Part shown: positions 46,030 to 58,510 of the stretch, piece by piece
How positions within the stretch are numbered: position 1 is the stretch's first letter
How the letters are laid out: every line of letters starts with the position of its first letter
From: Rhodosorus marinus CCMP1338
Taxonomy: Eukaryota > Plantae > Rhodophyta
Length of the DNA: 64,000 nt
Direction: 5' to 3'
Assembly (NCBI GenBank): GCA_029953675.1
Contig: JAMWBK010000010.1
Coordinates: forward strand, 1,054,001 to 1,118,000
The notes under the pieces: generated by a model
The model's input: the letters and a program-made list of their open reading frames with translations, nothing else
What the model was told of the DNA's origin: nothing
The model's database searches: none
Translations under genes and position numbers: made by a program

Positions 46030-49000
46030 ATGGAGCCGGAGAACGGCTCCGGATTGAGTGTCGGCAATGGATCGCCTGGTGATGAAAATCTTGAAACCAG
46101 TCGTGCAAATAACAGCACGGCGAGTCAGTTGCATACATCCTTTTCACCTGAGGCCGAAAACAGTACAAAGTCAAACTTTAGCTCGAGAGCCCCTACAGGA
46201 AGATCGGATGCGGATTTCCAGAAGAGCCGAGGTTCATCGTTTGGCTCAAAGGTTTTGAGTAAAGTTTTCTCCTCATCAGAGGTTAAATATGACGTGAAGG
46301 GGGACGATATTACGACGAAGAAGGGCGTTTTCGAGTATCTTTCGACATTTCTTCTCGATGAGGATATGCAAGAGCGCTTGCAGCTCACCAGACGAGCCTT
46401 TGTTTCTTTGGGTAAGTTGCAAGACACAATCCAGAAGGAGCACTCCCATGGCCCTTTTGACGCTTGTTCCACGAGAACCTTTTGACTCATGGGTAGCCTT
46501 TCCTTCTCTATGACAGGTTTGTTCACAATCGTGACATGCATTATCCTGTTCTTTGCGTTCTTCTTCGCAAATGGGAAATGCAGCACCTCAGCGGTCCTGA
46601 CATTGGAACCAACTGGGGAGAACTGTACTACAACATTGTTTTCTCAGACTGCCGATTTTGAGCTAGACACGAATGGCGTCTTTAGAGGGCAACCAAACTT
46701 TGTTCTGAACCAAGGACTGCTCAAAGTCAAGTTGAAAGGCTACGAGGGAAGCGACGAGGAGTTTCTAAGGGACTTGGACCAGGCTTTATCTTTGTTAAGA
46801 GAAGAAACCGAAAGGGTGGGGAGCATGGACGCGGTCCGTACAATGCAGAGGCTCCTTCATGTAGAAGGGCATCTTCCTGATAGACACATGCTTGTTGAGT
46901 GGAACATTGACCCTGGCAACCTACTACGATCTCAGTTTGATCGGATAGAGAATATCGTACTCTATCGGGGACAAGAGGAGTTGTCCATAATCGATAACCC
47001 TGCACTTTGCACGCATGCTTTTGAGAGGGTCTTCATATCAAGCGCTCCCATTCTTCCAAACTCGGCGGAAAGCTACGCCACTGTTCGCATTAAGATTTCC
47101 GCGAATCCCGCTGAAGACAGTGCTCTCGTGGAACCCCCCGTGTGGAGGGTCGGCGAAGGGGTGGACTCGTGCGAAGCCGATCTGGAGCCGAGCAGGGAAA
47201 CCTCTGATGCGTTTGGAAGTATTTTGGGGTTTTTTAGCAGGAAACAGCTGTCCACTGATGAAGAAAGCTTCATACTTGCTTTCGACGTGCTTCAGGTATG
47301 TAACACTAATGTTAAATGGCTTTCGACTTGGGAAGTTCCTAGCTAACCTCCTGGAATTTCCCTAGACCTACACTATTTCCCAATGCAACGAGGAGGGCAG
47401 TGAGACCTGCGATATCGAATCGACCACTTCTGCCGCTGGCTACGAGCTGTTTTACTCTGACGCTCTTGGTGAGATGGACCTGACGTTGGATTTTCCACTC
47501 AGCTCGCGATATTTATTCTTATGCCTGCCTTCTGCTCTTCGTCTCGTAGAGAAACATGCTTTTAGGGACACGATTATTGTTGAGGAGGGGGATGAGAGGC
47601 AAATTATAGTTGTTCCCGAAATTGGCCCTCACCCGGGGATTCCGGAGTGCAATCAGTGCGTAGATGCTTCTACTGACCCGTCAATCGCTGAAATTTGCCA
47701 AAGAAATGTTGCCGTACTGCTGAAGTACTACGAAGTGGATGCGGATGAGCAGCCACAGTATGTACAGTCCGCATATTTGGTTCTGAGAACGCGAGACATT
47801 TGGAATGCGAAATATGGGACTGAGCAAATTCACTGTGGCGTTGAGGTTCGTATCCTTACAGCTGTGATGTTCTTAGGGCTTCAATTTCGAATTCTGCTGA
47901 CACTGTACTTTCTGATGCGATAGAATCTGTTGAGGCCAATTGATGTCCAGAGCGATATTACAATCCCCTTCGCGACTTCCTCCGGTGTGTTTGAGTGCGA
48001 CGTGGTCGTTTGCAAGTCCATTATTGAGCGCCTTGGTACAGCAGAAGCAGTGGCCGAGTTGTTTCTAATTCTTATGTTGGGTATCATTGCTCTGCTGTAC
48101 ATTTGCGTGACTGCCTATAAGAATCTCCCGAGATCAAAACGAGGCATACTGTTTGGAGCCGTTAGTGAGACTTTTGCTTCAGAGGAGATTAAGGAGGTTA
48201 TGGGAAAGAGCTTAGGCCTTAGGATTGCGATCTCCATCGCACTAATTGCGGCTGTGATCGCGACGTTTGTCTGTTTTCTTGTGATACCGGAAACTTGTCG
48301 GCCACTGGAGACGCTGAGCTTTGAACCCCAAACTGACAATAGTGCGTTTATCGTCTTCATCCTCCACAAATTTGTTAACTTGTCACGTTATAGTTGCTCT
48401 TACCGTGATCTTCCCCACGCCTATTTCCAGACGCGAATTGTACGGAAGTTTTACTGACCCAGAACCGAGAGTTGGTCCTTGACAACAATCAGAACTTCGC
48501 TAATACTCCAGGTTTTTCGCCTGGCTCAGCTTTTCACACGGTACTCTTGCGGAGCTACAGCACTGACAGTAGCGGCTTTAGTGAAGACCTTCGAACGACA
48601 AAAATCGCTCTTAATGAGGAATTGTCTGCGACAGACGTAGATCAACTGGATTCTATAGTCAAGCACGAGTTGCTGCTATTCTCGTCGGCCAACCCAGTCC
48701 AAGGTGTCACAATGAGGTACAACTTTGAAAACCTGGCTGCGGGGTCAATTTCCAGCCCTGGGTCGGTAGATGTTCTCGTACGGGCCGGGGGTGACGGGTG
48801 CTATGCGGCGTTGGAAACGAACCTGGAATACGGAAGAATTGGACTCCTCAGGAGAGAATCTCCGCTGCTAGGATTCTCTATACGAGAGGTCAGGAGCTTC
48901 TTCGACGTAGATCAGACGCCTTTTAACCCATGCTTTGAAAGTGATGGAGCTTTTCGGGAAGCTCTGGACACTTTAGTTGCAGACTTTGAACGGGTATCTG

Positions 49001-51279
49001 GAGGAAGTTCACCTTTTCGAATCGACATATTCATGGCGGATTTGATTCTTGTGGACGCATGTAATCGTCCGCAGTACGCAGAAGTGTGCCAGAATGAAGT
49101 GGCACCTGGTAGAGCGGATATTGTCCAAATAGCGGACGGTCGATTCGGACTTGTCTGGCCCACAAACGTTGACTTTGTCGGAGTTGCGGAACTCGTTTCC
49201 GAATGTCCGCAGTGCTCTGCTGCCGCTTTTGATATCTGTGATCGATTTGAGCTGACGGTGAACTTGGTGGACAAAGAAACCGGAGCAAGCCCGTTTGAGA
49301 TATTATTCAAGTTTTCAACTGAGCTGCCATTGAACGGCCTTGGGACTGTCTCTACGGAGAGGTGCTCAGTGCAAGACGTTCTCCTTGACCAAGAAATCGC
49401 ACTGGACGCGCCCTTTGAAACGACTAGCGACCTGTACTCGTGCCAGTATGAAGTGTGCAGCTCCTGGATAAGTAGGGTGGGAACATCCTTCGCCGACACA
49501 GACTTCATTCTCGAGCTGGTTGAGATTGGAATTGGGATAATTTTCCTGATAGTGGGCCTGAGTGCTTTGAGTAGCTGGCGTGGACTTGTAACGAAGACAC
49601 TGCCGAGCAAGACTCGAAACTTCTTGACGATCACATGGGCGTTTTTGATTGGGGCGTTCTTGCTGCTGGCATTTGTGGGGTTGTTCGCCGGTTTTTTTGT
49701 ATTGAACGGTGAATGTACGACAAGTACAACCCTGACTGTGCAGGAGACAGGCGATTCATGTGACCAAGTGATGCTGAGGCAGGACGGCACCTTCGTACTA
49801 GACACAAACGGTCGCTTTAACAGGGAAGCTGGGTTTAGTGGGCGGAACGCTCTGTTCCAGCTCCAGTTTCGTGGCTATAGAGCGACGGAAACTGAACTCC
49901 GGGCATCTGTATCTACCCTTCTGACGTCATTTCGGGAGCTCCTAGAATCTGTTGAGGGGACGGATCTCATCAATGTGTACCGGACGCTCCTATTTAACCC
50001 CGTGAGTGTGCCTGGGAAGGAAGGGTCAATAGCGATGGCCGCCAACATCAACAACCAGTTCTTCGCTCGATGGGTGAATGTCGAATCAGCCGAGGCAAAT
50101 TCCGACCAAGGAAGCTTCCCTCTTGAGGCAATCTGGTTCACTGATGAACAGAAAACCACAATTGACACAGACCTGGATCAGTGCACCAGTGAATCGTCTG
50201 TGGTGAGAGCTCGCGTGACTGAGGAGGAAGTGGAGACACTTGTTAAAGTGATTACCATGGAGAAGAGTGCAGTTGCGCTAGAGCCGAACACATGCCTGAA
50301 CAGTGGCTTGACAGACACGTTTGAAGGAACCACGGTCCTCAGGAGCTTTGTTCCATCAACGGATACTACCAGCAGTTTCGAAGAGACGGACGATCTCCAC
50401 GTCAGTTTCGACTCTGCCCAGGTTTTCGGGCTTGATTTTTGCAACAAAGATCCGAGCAACTGCGAGAGCCGAATTCGACCTCCTGAGTCTATTTCCGAGG
50501 GTCGGAACACGGTTACGATCCCCGCTTCTTGGGAGTTTTTCAGGTCCTTGTACGACGAGGAGTCGGGATTGTACGGGTTCAAATGGGAAACTGGAAGCAA
50601 CGTGGATGCTAGTGGAGAGGAGAGGAAGTTTTTCGTAGTCCCGAACTGGAGCGTTCCCAGAGGTTGCGAGTGCGAAAACCCGGATCGGATCCAGAGTTGT
50701 TCGAAGCAGATCAATCTTGTCCTTCAGTATTATACCCTGGCAGAAGGCGAACCGTTGGAATACGTAACGAGTTTTGCCAAGAAGATTGACATGACTGGAC
50801 TATGGAATTCAGTTGGGTCGGGCAGCAGCTTGCATTGTGACCTCAGCGTCATGACGGGCGCCCTCGGGGACGAGGAGATTCGCGCCATATCGGAGGGACC
50901 GCTGGCTCAGTTTGAGACGGACTTGCAAATATTACAGTGCGAGCAAACTCTTTGTGTTGCCGGGGTAGAAAGATTTGGTGACTCCTACGCGTTGGCGAAG
51001 TTGATCATTGTCTGTCTGACTTTCGGCGTCGTTTTCGTCGTACTAGTCCTGGAATTTCGATCTACCACGTCTAAGAAGGACGCACAACCGGGAACTATGG
51101 CGTCAGCTGACTCAGATGTAGAGAATATCAGCGGTGATTACATCGACCAAGAGAACGGGGATGGGGAATTGCATGAAGCGGATGACCACATATCACCTGA
51201 AACGAGTGATCATGTCGTAACCTCCGTCTCGGTCCCAAATCGAAGTGGGGTAACGAAGTCTGTGCGGATCGTGGACTAA
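46030..51279 (+). CDS. ~1608-aa six-TM protein made of three homologous TM-ectodomain-TM units (unknown family; trimeric-channel-like topology)
   Basis: Exons 46030-46411, 46517-47295, 47366-47468, 47550-47845, 47924-48341, 48431-51279 (4827 nt) give consistent intron phases 1,0,1,0,1. The three units share post-TM1 C..L....C....Q....LD.N..F and pre-TM2 F.T....C....C....R.G motifs. Confidence 0.88.
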
Positions 51280-52434
51280 ATCCAGCAGCGAGCTGCTTGA
51301 ACATAACTTCCCAGTCTGTGGGAATCGTGCACATTGGCTCTTATGTTTTGATATTTCAACTTTGGGCCTACAAACATGTTACATAAAAACTTTTGAATGC
51401 AGTATTTTGGGAAGAATGTGTGTTGTTCACTGGCTTATGCCCATTTCACACGCGAAGCAACTCTTCTCTCCCACTAGCAGAAACGCGTTCATGCGTTGCT
51501 GCTCTCAAAAAAGCGGCGGGCGGAGGGTTGACCGGCTAATCAGCCTCGCCTTCTTTGGGCCCATAGCAGATTTTATCCCCGATTTGATCATGTGACACTA
51601 CTCTCTGCACAAGAATTGAATTCAGCGACTCTGCTCTTCGACTTCGTTGCTGGCTTTCTTTCTTAGTCCTCGACCCTGCCAATTCTGCTCGCCCTCATCA
51701 AACGATTTTTCAATGCCGAATGTGGCAAAAAGCCGGATTCACGCAGTTGATTAATTTTCATTTCCTTTTCAATAGAAAACATTTCCTTTAAATCTCACAA
51801 TAATTAATTTTGCAGAAAAATTTATTAACTTTGACTACTTCACTTTCCTCGAGTTTTAGTACAATTATGGTAACCACATTGATCCTTGATTTTGATGTCA
51901 TTTCCTTTGAAAGTTTGGGAATCATTTGAAAATGTGGGAATTAATCCGCGGTGATTTCAATTGAGTGGTGAAATCCATGCAGAAGTTATTTAATTCGATA
52001 GACCACTAGGCAACGGTGAGTACGCGGATGAGATGTAGGGCACGACTGCACGGTTTGGAAGGGGAGAAGTACTGTGCATTTGGGGTCGAAAATAGTGAAA
52101 GCATGCAATATATAGGCCCCCGAACCAGAAAAGATTCCCCATGCATATTTTCTGGCAGGTTTAGATACTGCGGACCGGCTTAAACCTCTGTGATTGCCTA
52201 TTGAACAGGAAAGGAGCTTGTGAGTTTTGCCTCGGACCCTGGAACGCCTTCTTGAAGCAATGAATGAACTCATTTGTTCTTGTTGGATCACGTCGAACAG
52301 AGTGCTCAAGAAGCTACCCATTGCTCGTTTTATTTTTTGTTTTTTTTCTCTGTGCAGGGATACTTCTACGCAGTACACCACGGGAGGAGAAACGACGTTG
52401 TGCGATACGATTCTGAGACTCTCTCGGCAGTTAT

Positions 52435-54336
52435 ATGATGTCAATAGCTCGACCAGAGCGATCCTCATATGAATCCGGTGGGAGACGGACTCCCTCTCCC
52501 ATGCGAAGTCAGCCGAGGATGTTGGGATCGACGAGGACGAACGGCGTCGAGTCCCCTAGATTTCCATCGAAGTGGGAATCGCCGGTTGCGAAAAGGTCCA
52601 TGGGACTGAATGCTTACCGTAATGAGGTCAACAATAGCGCAGTAGCCTCGGCGACAATGTACATCTTTATGGTCTGCACCGTCCTCGCGATGATCAGCTC
52701 TCTTATTTTCAGCTATTCGTTCCTGGAAAATATCGTTCCAGCAATGATTTTCACCTGTTCAATATCGTTTTGCTTCGCTCTGTACTTTGTCGGAGTTCTC
52801 TCGAATCTACGAAGGAAGTGGTCCTTCGGGATTACAGAACGCGAAGCGAAACTTCTTGCAGTGGATCGAAAAACCGATCTGGTGTACAAGGTACAAGACA
52901 AGGACATTCCCCCTCCCGCGAGGGATTTGGCATCTACCAATCTAAGGAACGCGTCTCTGAGTTGTCTTCTTTAATATCCGTTTCTTGTTTCGTTGGCGAA
53001 AGACGCCGGAATCGTCACCAACCTCAGTGAAACCTCCTGCGTCTGGAGGAAGCCGGCGTTTGAGCACTACTCCACTACGGCTAATGAAATCACCGAGCGA
53101 GACCAACGAAGCCGTCCAGCGCTTCATATCCCCGGATAGATACTCTGGAACGGCGGCAACTCCGTCGCCCGTGGGAAACAGGACGATTTCCGTGGCATCA
53201 ATAGGGAAGTTCCATCATTCGCGAACCTCACCTTTGGATCGCTCGGACGCTTCAAAGGATCCAGGTGCGGCAATGCAGATCGACTACCAATGGAAGGGCA
53301 GCCCTGGAGCTCTCAATCAGTCGTCGCAGTTGTTCAGAAACGTTGAAGCTCTTCGAAGGTGGCTGGCGTTGAAGGTGCTCGTCCCCTTTGCTGAGAGAGA
53401 ATCCCGAATCTCGGAGCAGCTGAAAATTCTCTCATCCACTCCAAACGTTAATCAAACTTCAGCTGCCGCGTTGGTAGCTGAGCGCACGAGTCTGGACAGG
53501 TTGGCGAGATCATCAACCTGATGACTGCTCTTCGGCGAAACCTCCTCTCTGACATCTCCGTATGATCTCCTACAAACAGATATGTGACTGTACCGGGCTA
53601 CTCGAGATCACTCGAATACTGCAGATCTAGGCTCCGCACGTTAGCGGAGGATACGTCCGTCTCCAAGGCCTTGTGGGACTCCGGCTCTGAATGGAAGGGC
53701 AGATCCTTCGAAATGTTCGGCCTAGAGTTGCCGACGGATTCGGAGCTCATCCTCACCGCCTTCGGGGCCTTCTTTGATGAAAGGCTACCACCAAATACCG
53801 CAGCAAAAGGTTCGCTATGGCACGCTATTGCTGTCCCTATTGCGAAAAGGTCAAATCTCCAAACCTCCGATTTTCTAAAGGAATGCTTGCGCTTTCTCCT
53901 TGAACGCGATTTGAACCCCAGCTGCGTTCACGTCGCGGTATATTGCATTTCCGCAATCTGAGGGCTTGGATGGAATAGAACCCTGGAGAGTGCGAGCAGG
54001 AGCAGTGATTTATCGTTCAAGAACGCGACCACCGGAGTTTTCAGTTATCCTACCTGGAGAAAAGGTGAGCATCAAATCTTACCTTTTGCCGGGGGCCATT
54101 TTGTCCAAGTCAAAGCAATCTACCCCCCCGGAAGAAAACCAACATTGACTTGTGCTCTGACTTGTGCTCGTACTTGTGCTCGTTTCCAGGTGGTTCACCC
54201 GTTGAGCGGAAGGCTGAACATCTTTCACGCTATCCTGCTCCTTACTCAAATCCTCCGAGACGATTACGATGGATATGCTGGTCAAATCTATCTAGGTGAT
54301 CCGTCGATCGGGCTTCTTGAGGTCATTGAGAACTGA
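52435..54336 (+). CDS. TMEM209: Transmembrane protein 209 / PNET1-like nuclear envelope protein, multi-exon
   Basis: Two N-terminal TMs and a Ser/Pro-rich middle. C-terminal motifs YCRSRLRTLA..WDSGSEW..LPTDSELILTAFGAFFD, IYRSRTRPPEF and NIFHAILLL..GQIYL..IGLLEVI match the TMEM209 family as recalled. Confidence 0.82.
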
Positions 54337-54963
54337 CGACTGTGAAAGCAACTATTTGACGATGAGTTTCTGGAGACATAAGAAGGCAATGAGTGAGCAT
54401 CTGGCTATAGAAAGGGGTGAACCTGCATCCTTGAGGTCCCCCGCGAAGCTTTTGAAAGCGAGTGGAGGCTCTAGAGTTGAATCACAAGTTTAATATGGAC
54501 AGGCTAATATACATAGTGAACAACGCAGGGGTAAAGGAAAACACACTAATCGAGGACCCGTATTCCGCATTCCGTCACAAGCGAGGAACTGTTGAGCTTC
54601 ACACTTGGCGATACTGGACAAACTTTCGAAGCGTTGAATGGGAATCACGAAATGTCAGACCCCACGAATACGCAACTAAGTGGTATCCCCCTTGGTGTTC
54701 AGGAAGGGCTATTTTTGCACGCACAGGTTGATGTTTCCATTCAGTTCCACCAAACCCTCGTATCCACAGATCAATCGTGGGCACTACCACGTGCTCCTGC
54801 CTTCTCGGCTAGACCTTTGGCGTTACTCATGGTGCTCTCCGGGGGATGATGCCTTTCCGAAACAATCCACACCGAACAAGTTTGATATGTATAGTCCATT
54901 TTGGGTGGTTATCAAACTCCTCAAATGGATGTTCAAAGCCCAGTCTGGGTCTTCCGCACAGCA

Positions 54964-56317
54964 CTAAGTGAATTCGAGCTTTCTCTTGGTCGCAAACTGG
55001 CTGCTGGGCGGAGTCGATCCATCGTCTTTTCGACACGCGGTCCCCGGCGCCCTGAAAGGCGATGCGTTGTTACTCCTGTCTTTCTGGTCCGGGTTAACAA
55101 TCGGGGTCTCGTTCTTCGTGAACTTCTTCAAAAGATCCGCTGCGCTCGAAGGCGGCGGGCCAGTGGTGAAGTAGGGATGCTTCAGAGCGTCCGCCGCGCT
55201 GATTCGTTTCAAAGGATCAAACACCAGGAACTTGTTTAGCAGGTCTAGGGCCTGCTCTGATGCAGCCGTGAAGAGTGCCCTGTGATCCTGTGCTGGGACG
55301 TGCGAAAACTTGACATAGCCTGGAAGGGAGGACATTCCAGGCCATATATCATCATCCGGAGTGCCGCGAGCATGAAAAATTTTCACCAATTGATCGATTT
55401 CGGAGTCACCCGGAAGATAGGGCACTCTGAGCATGAGCTCAGCAAACACACATCCAACAGCCCACATGTCAATTGCTGTGCCATACTGCCGGGCTCCGAA
55501 TAGGAGTTCTGGAGCTCTGTACCAGCGGGTGACAACCTGTTCGCAAGTACAGCAAGTCAGTTGGAATGCTTCTTATAATGGCTGCCTAGAAGAGCATTCT
55601 CCGGCGATTTCTATTCTTCTGGAGAACGCACAATGTGGGTCAGTCTAGGGTTTGGGCTTCCATGTATACGAGCAAGACCGAAATCCGCAAGCTTCAGGTT
55701 CCCATCTGTCCCGAGGAGTATATTGTTGGGCTTTAAATCTCTATGCAGCGTCCAGTGCTTGTGACAGGCTTCAACGCCCCGAAGAATCATCTGCAGACAT
55801 CCCTTAACCTCTGCCTCGGTAATAAATATCTCTCGGCTTCGGATTACAGCATCCAAATCCGTGAGGCAGTACTCAAAGACGAGATTCACGTTTGTATTGC
55901 TTGAGAAAGCGTCTACAAGCTCCTGTGAAAGCGTTTTTAAAGACCGAACTGTCAATAAATCTGGCCTAGAGCAGTATGGTTCAGCGAAAAGGTCCTAAAA
56001 TGTTCTCACAATCACATTTGGGTGCTTAATCTCCTGTAGCAGCTTAATCTCTCTTAGAGCTTCCATTGATATGCCATCCTTGGCCTTACCCTACACAATT
56101 CAAGTGAAAACAAAGACGGGCAAGCTTTCCTTCAAAACAAAAATTCTTTCTCGGCAAAACTAACAAAACAAAAACGCACGCCGTGCTCTTCGCAGCTTAC
56201 CATTCGAACTTTCTTCACGGCAACAATCCGACCCGTACCAACATCCTCCGCTTGTGTTACAACACCTCCCGCACCTTCTCCGAGCTTCTTAATGTTCTTG
56301 TACTTCTTCGAACTCAT
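54964..56317 (-). CDS. CDK7: Cyclin-dependent kinase 7 / CDKD (CAK, TFIIH kinase), multi-exon
   Basis: [64 protein letters not shown]|[41 protein letters not shown]. Confidence 0.93.
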
Positions 56318-57284
56318 ACTTTTAAGTTCTGTTCTCAAAATCCAAAAAGCAAAACCCCAAGAAACAGGAACAAAGACTCCGCTCTCTTCCCATCTCTGTG
56401 ACATTCCAACACACACCCTACGAGCGCGAAATGTATTCTCCAGGTGCGAAAGTCTTTTAGAGAACACTAACGGCTATAGTATCAGTCACTAATCGTCTGG
56501 GATGACGCTAAGTGAGCCGATGTTAGGAGGCAGATCCTCAGAGAGGCTCAGGGATCATAGTGACTTGTCTACTCCTTGTACTCGGACTGTAAGATGTTTG
56601 CCCACGTCTGCACAGTGTCGTGGCGCTGCTGCTGGTTCAATTACGACGACTGAAGAAGCCTCAGTACGCTGAGGCGTGACATACCTTGGATGTATGCGGA
56701 TCGGTCTAGACGTTGGACCGGCTGGTTGATTGGGTAGGCAGCCAAAACCTGTTATCGTGTAGTTGAATACTGACTGCTAGAAAGTTTACAACTTCATTAT
56801 TGGAGAGTTTCAAGGCTGGAGTTGTTCACACGAGCATCTCCATGTGCAAACAGGGGCTCTCGCCCAATGGGACACCCTTTTCCTCCGGTTGGGGCGCATA
56901 TTAAGGAAACGCAGGATTTTGCTCCGGTTATGTATCTATACGTCTGGCAGTAAATCCATAAGAGCCAAAAAGGTCAAGGTCAAGAAGCAGCAGTCTCTTG
57001 TTGCCCAGAGAATCATCCAAATCTTGTCAGCAGTTTTCCAATGTTCAATCATTTTTATTGATTGAACCTTGATATTCTGGATAAGCAAGTCCTAACATCC
57101 CAAAAATTGGCATTGAATATCATGCTTTGGTTTTATTCTGGGACCAGGGGCGGCTGAATATGCGAAAAAATATTTTTTATTGGGTTCAATTGTCTCAAGT
57201 TATGAACTAAGTTCTCCCAAATGTAGGAGATAGTACGAACACATGCGAAAGTGGTTCATGAATTGGTGACGGTTGGGCTTAGCA

Positions 57285-57389
57285 GCGAGATCTGTACGTG
57301 GACATCGCCGACTTGACTGCATGAATAGGATGATGGCGAGATCTGTTTGTAGATATCGCCGACTTGACCGAATGAAAAGGATGATGGCG
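57285..57389. repeat. 51-bp tandem duplication
   Basis: GCGAGATCTGT..GT.GA.ATCGCCGACTTGAC...ATGAA.AGGATGATG at 57285 and 57336. Confidence 0.88.
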
Positions 57390-57595
57390 GGTTCTGCGCG
57401 CAAACCACAGGCTCCCTCGTGCGAAATCCGGTCTTCTGAATGGTGCTCTACTAACCCCTCGTACTTAGGATCTATTGAATTAGGCGCGAAAATGTTGTCA
57501 GTCTGTGGGAGAAAGAGGGTGGTGTGATGCTAGGGGGTTCAGTGGGGCGTAGCTACGACAATGATGGAGATTGGATAGTCGTAGATGGATATTCG

Positions 57596-58510
57596 ATGGC
57601 ACTCTCTGGTCCATGTGTGGTAGGGATCGATGAGGCTGGTAGGGGCCCTGTACTGGGGCCCATGGTGTACGGCGCAGCAGTGTGCGAAGTAGACAAGCAG
57701 GATCGGCTTCGTGATCTTGGATGCGATGGTAGGATCCTTTTACTATGTCAGAGGGGTTCTGATTCTTATAAACCTGCTTAGCCATCTTTCTGAAAACCCC
57801 CTTTTCGCCTTCAAGATTCCAAGGCGATGAGCGAGCAGGACAGAGAGGCGGTGCGCGATCGTCTCCGAGATTCAAGCCTAGTTCAGGCCTACACAAAAGT
57901 TTTGCAAGCTGAGGAGTTGAGCAGATGCATGCTTCGTAAGCGGCCATACAATCTGAATGCGATATCACATGACACGGCTGCTGGATTGGTCAGAGAAATC
58001 CTCAAGGACGGCATAGAAATCGAGCACTTGTACGTTGATACGGTCGGCATACCAGAAAGGTATGAAATCTGGCTGAGGAAAGCGTTTCCAGCGATAAAAG
58101 CCATAACCGTCGCGAAGAAGGCAGATAGTACCTATGCCATCGTCGGGGCAGCAAGCATATTTGCGAAAACGCTTCGTGATCACATCCTGCGATTCTGGGA
58201 TACCCCGGACCTTCATCCAGAGCTTCGAGGAAACTATGGAAGTGGGTATCCTGGAGATCCGGCAACAATCAGCTGGTTGAAGAGAGCGGTAGATCCACAC
58301 TTTGGCTTTCCTGGGCTGGTCAGGTTTAGCTGGAGCACTTCAAAGAACCTCTTGGACGCAACTGGTGCGGTCCAGGTTGAGTTCGAAGAAGAGGATAGCG
58401 AGGCAAATCAGAGCAATATTCTCAACCACTTCAAGCGAAAAACAGGGAAGGAACAACTTCCAAAATATTTCTTGGACAGACGACTTTGCGAAGATAGTAA
58501 TTTTCTTTAA
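57596..58510 (+). CDS. RNASEH2A: Ribonuclease H2 catalytic subunit A (2 exons; alternative start 57524)
   Basis: [18 protein letters not shown]|DSK across intron ~57729-57815, [52 protein letters not shown]. Confidence 0.96.

Noticed and set aside
45783-46586. Minus-strand ORFs 45783-46118 and 46125-46586
   Set aside because: They are antisense to exon 1 and the promoter of the 46030 gene.
48912-50714. 297-aa and 178-aa antisense ORFs
   Set aside because: Antisense shadows of the three-unit membrane protein.
51986-52468. 160-aa minus ORF (MGSFLST..)
   Set aside because: It overlaps or abuts the TMEM209 start, has no motifs and is compositionally uninformative. It cannot be supported without expression data.
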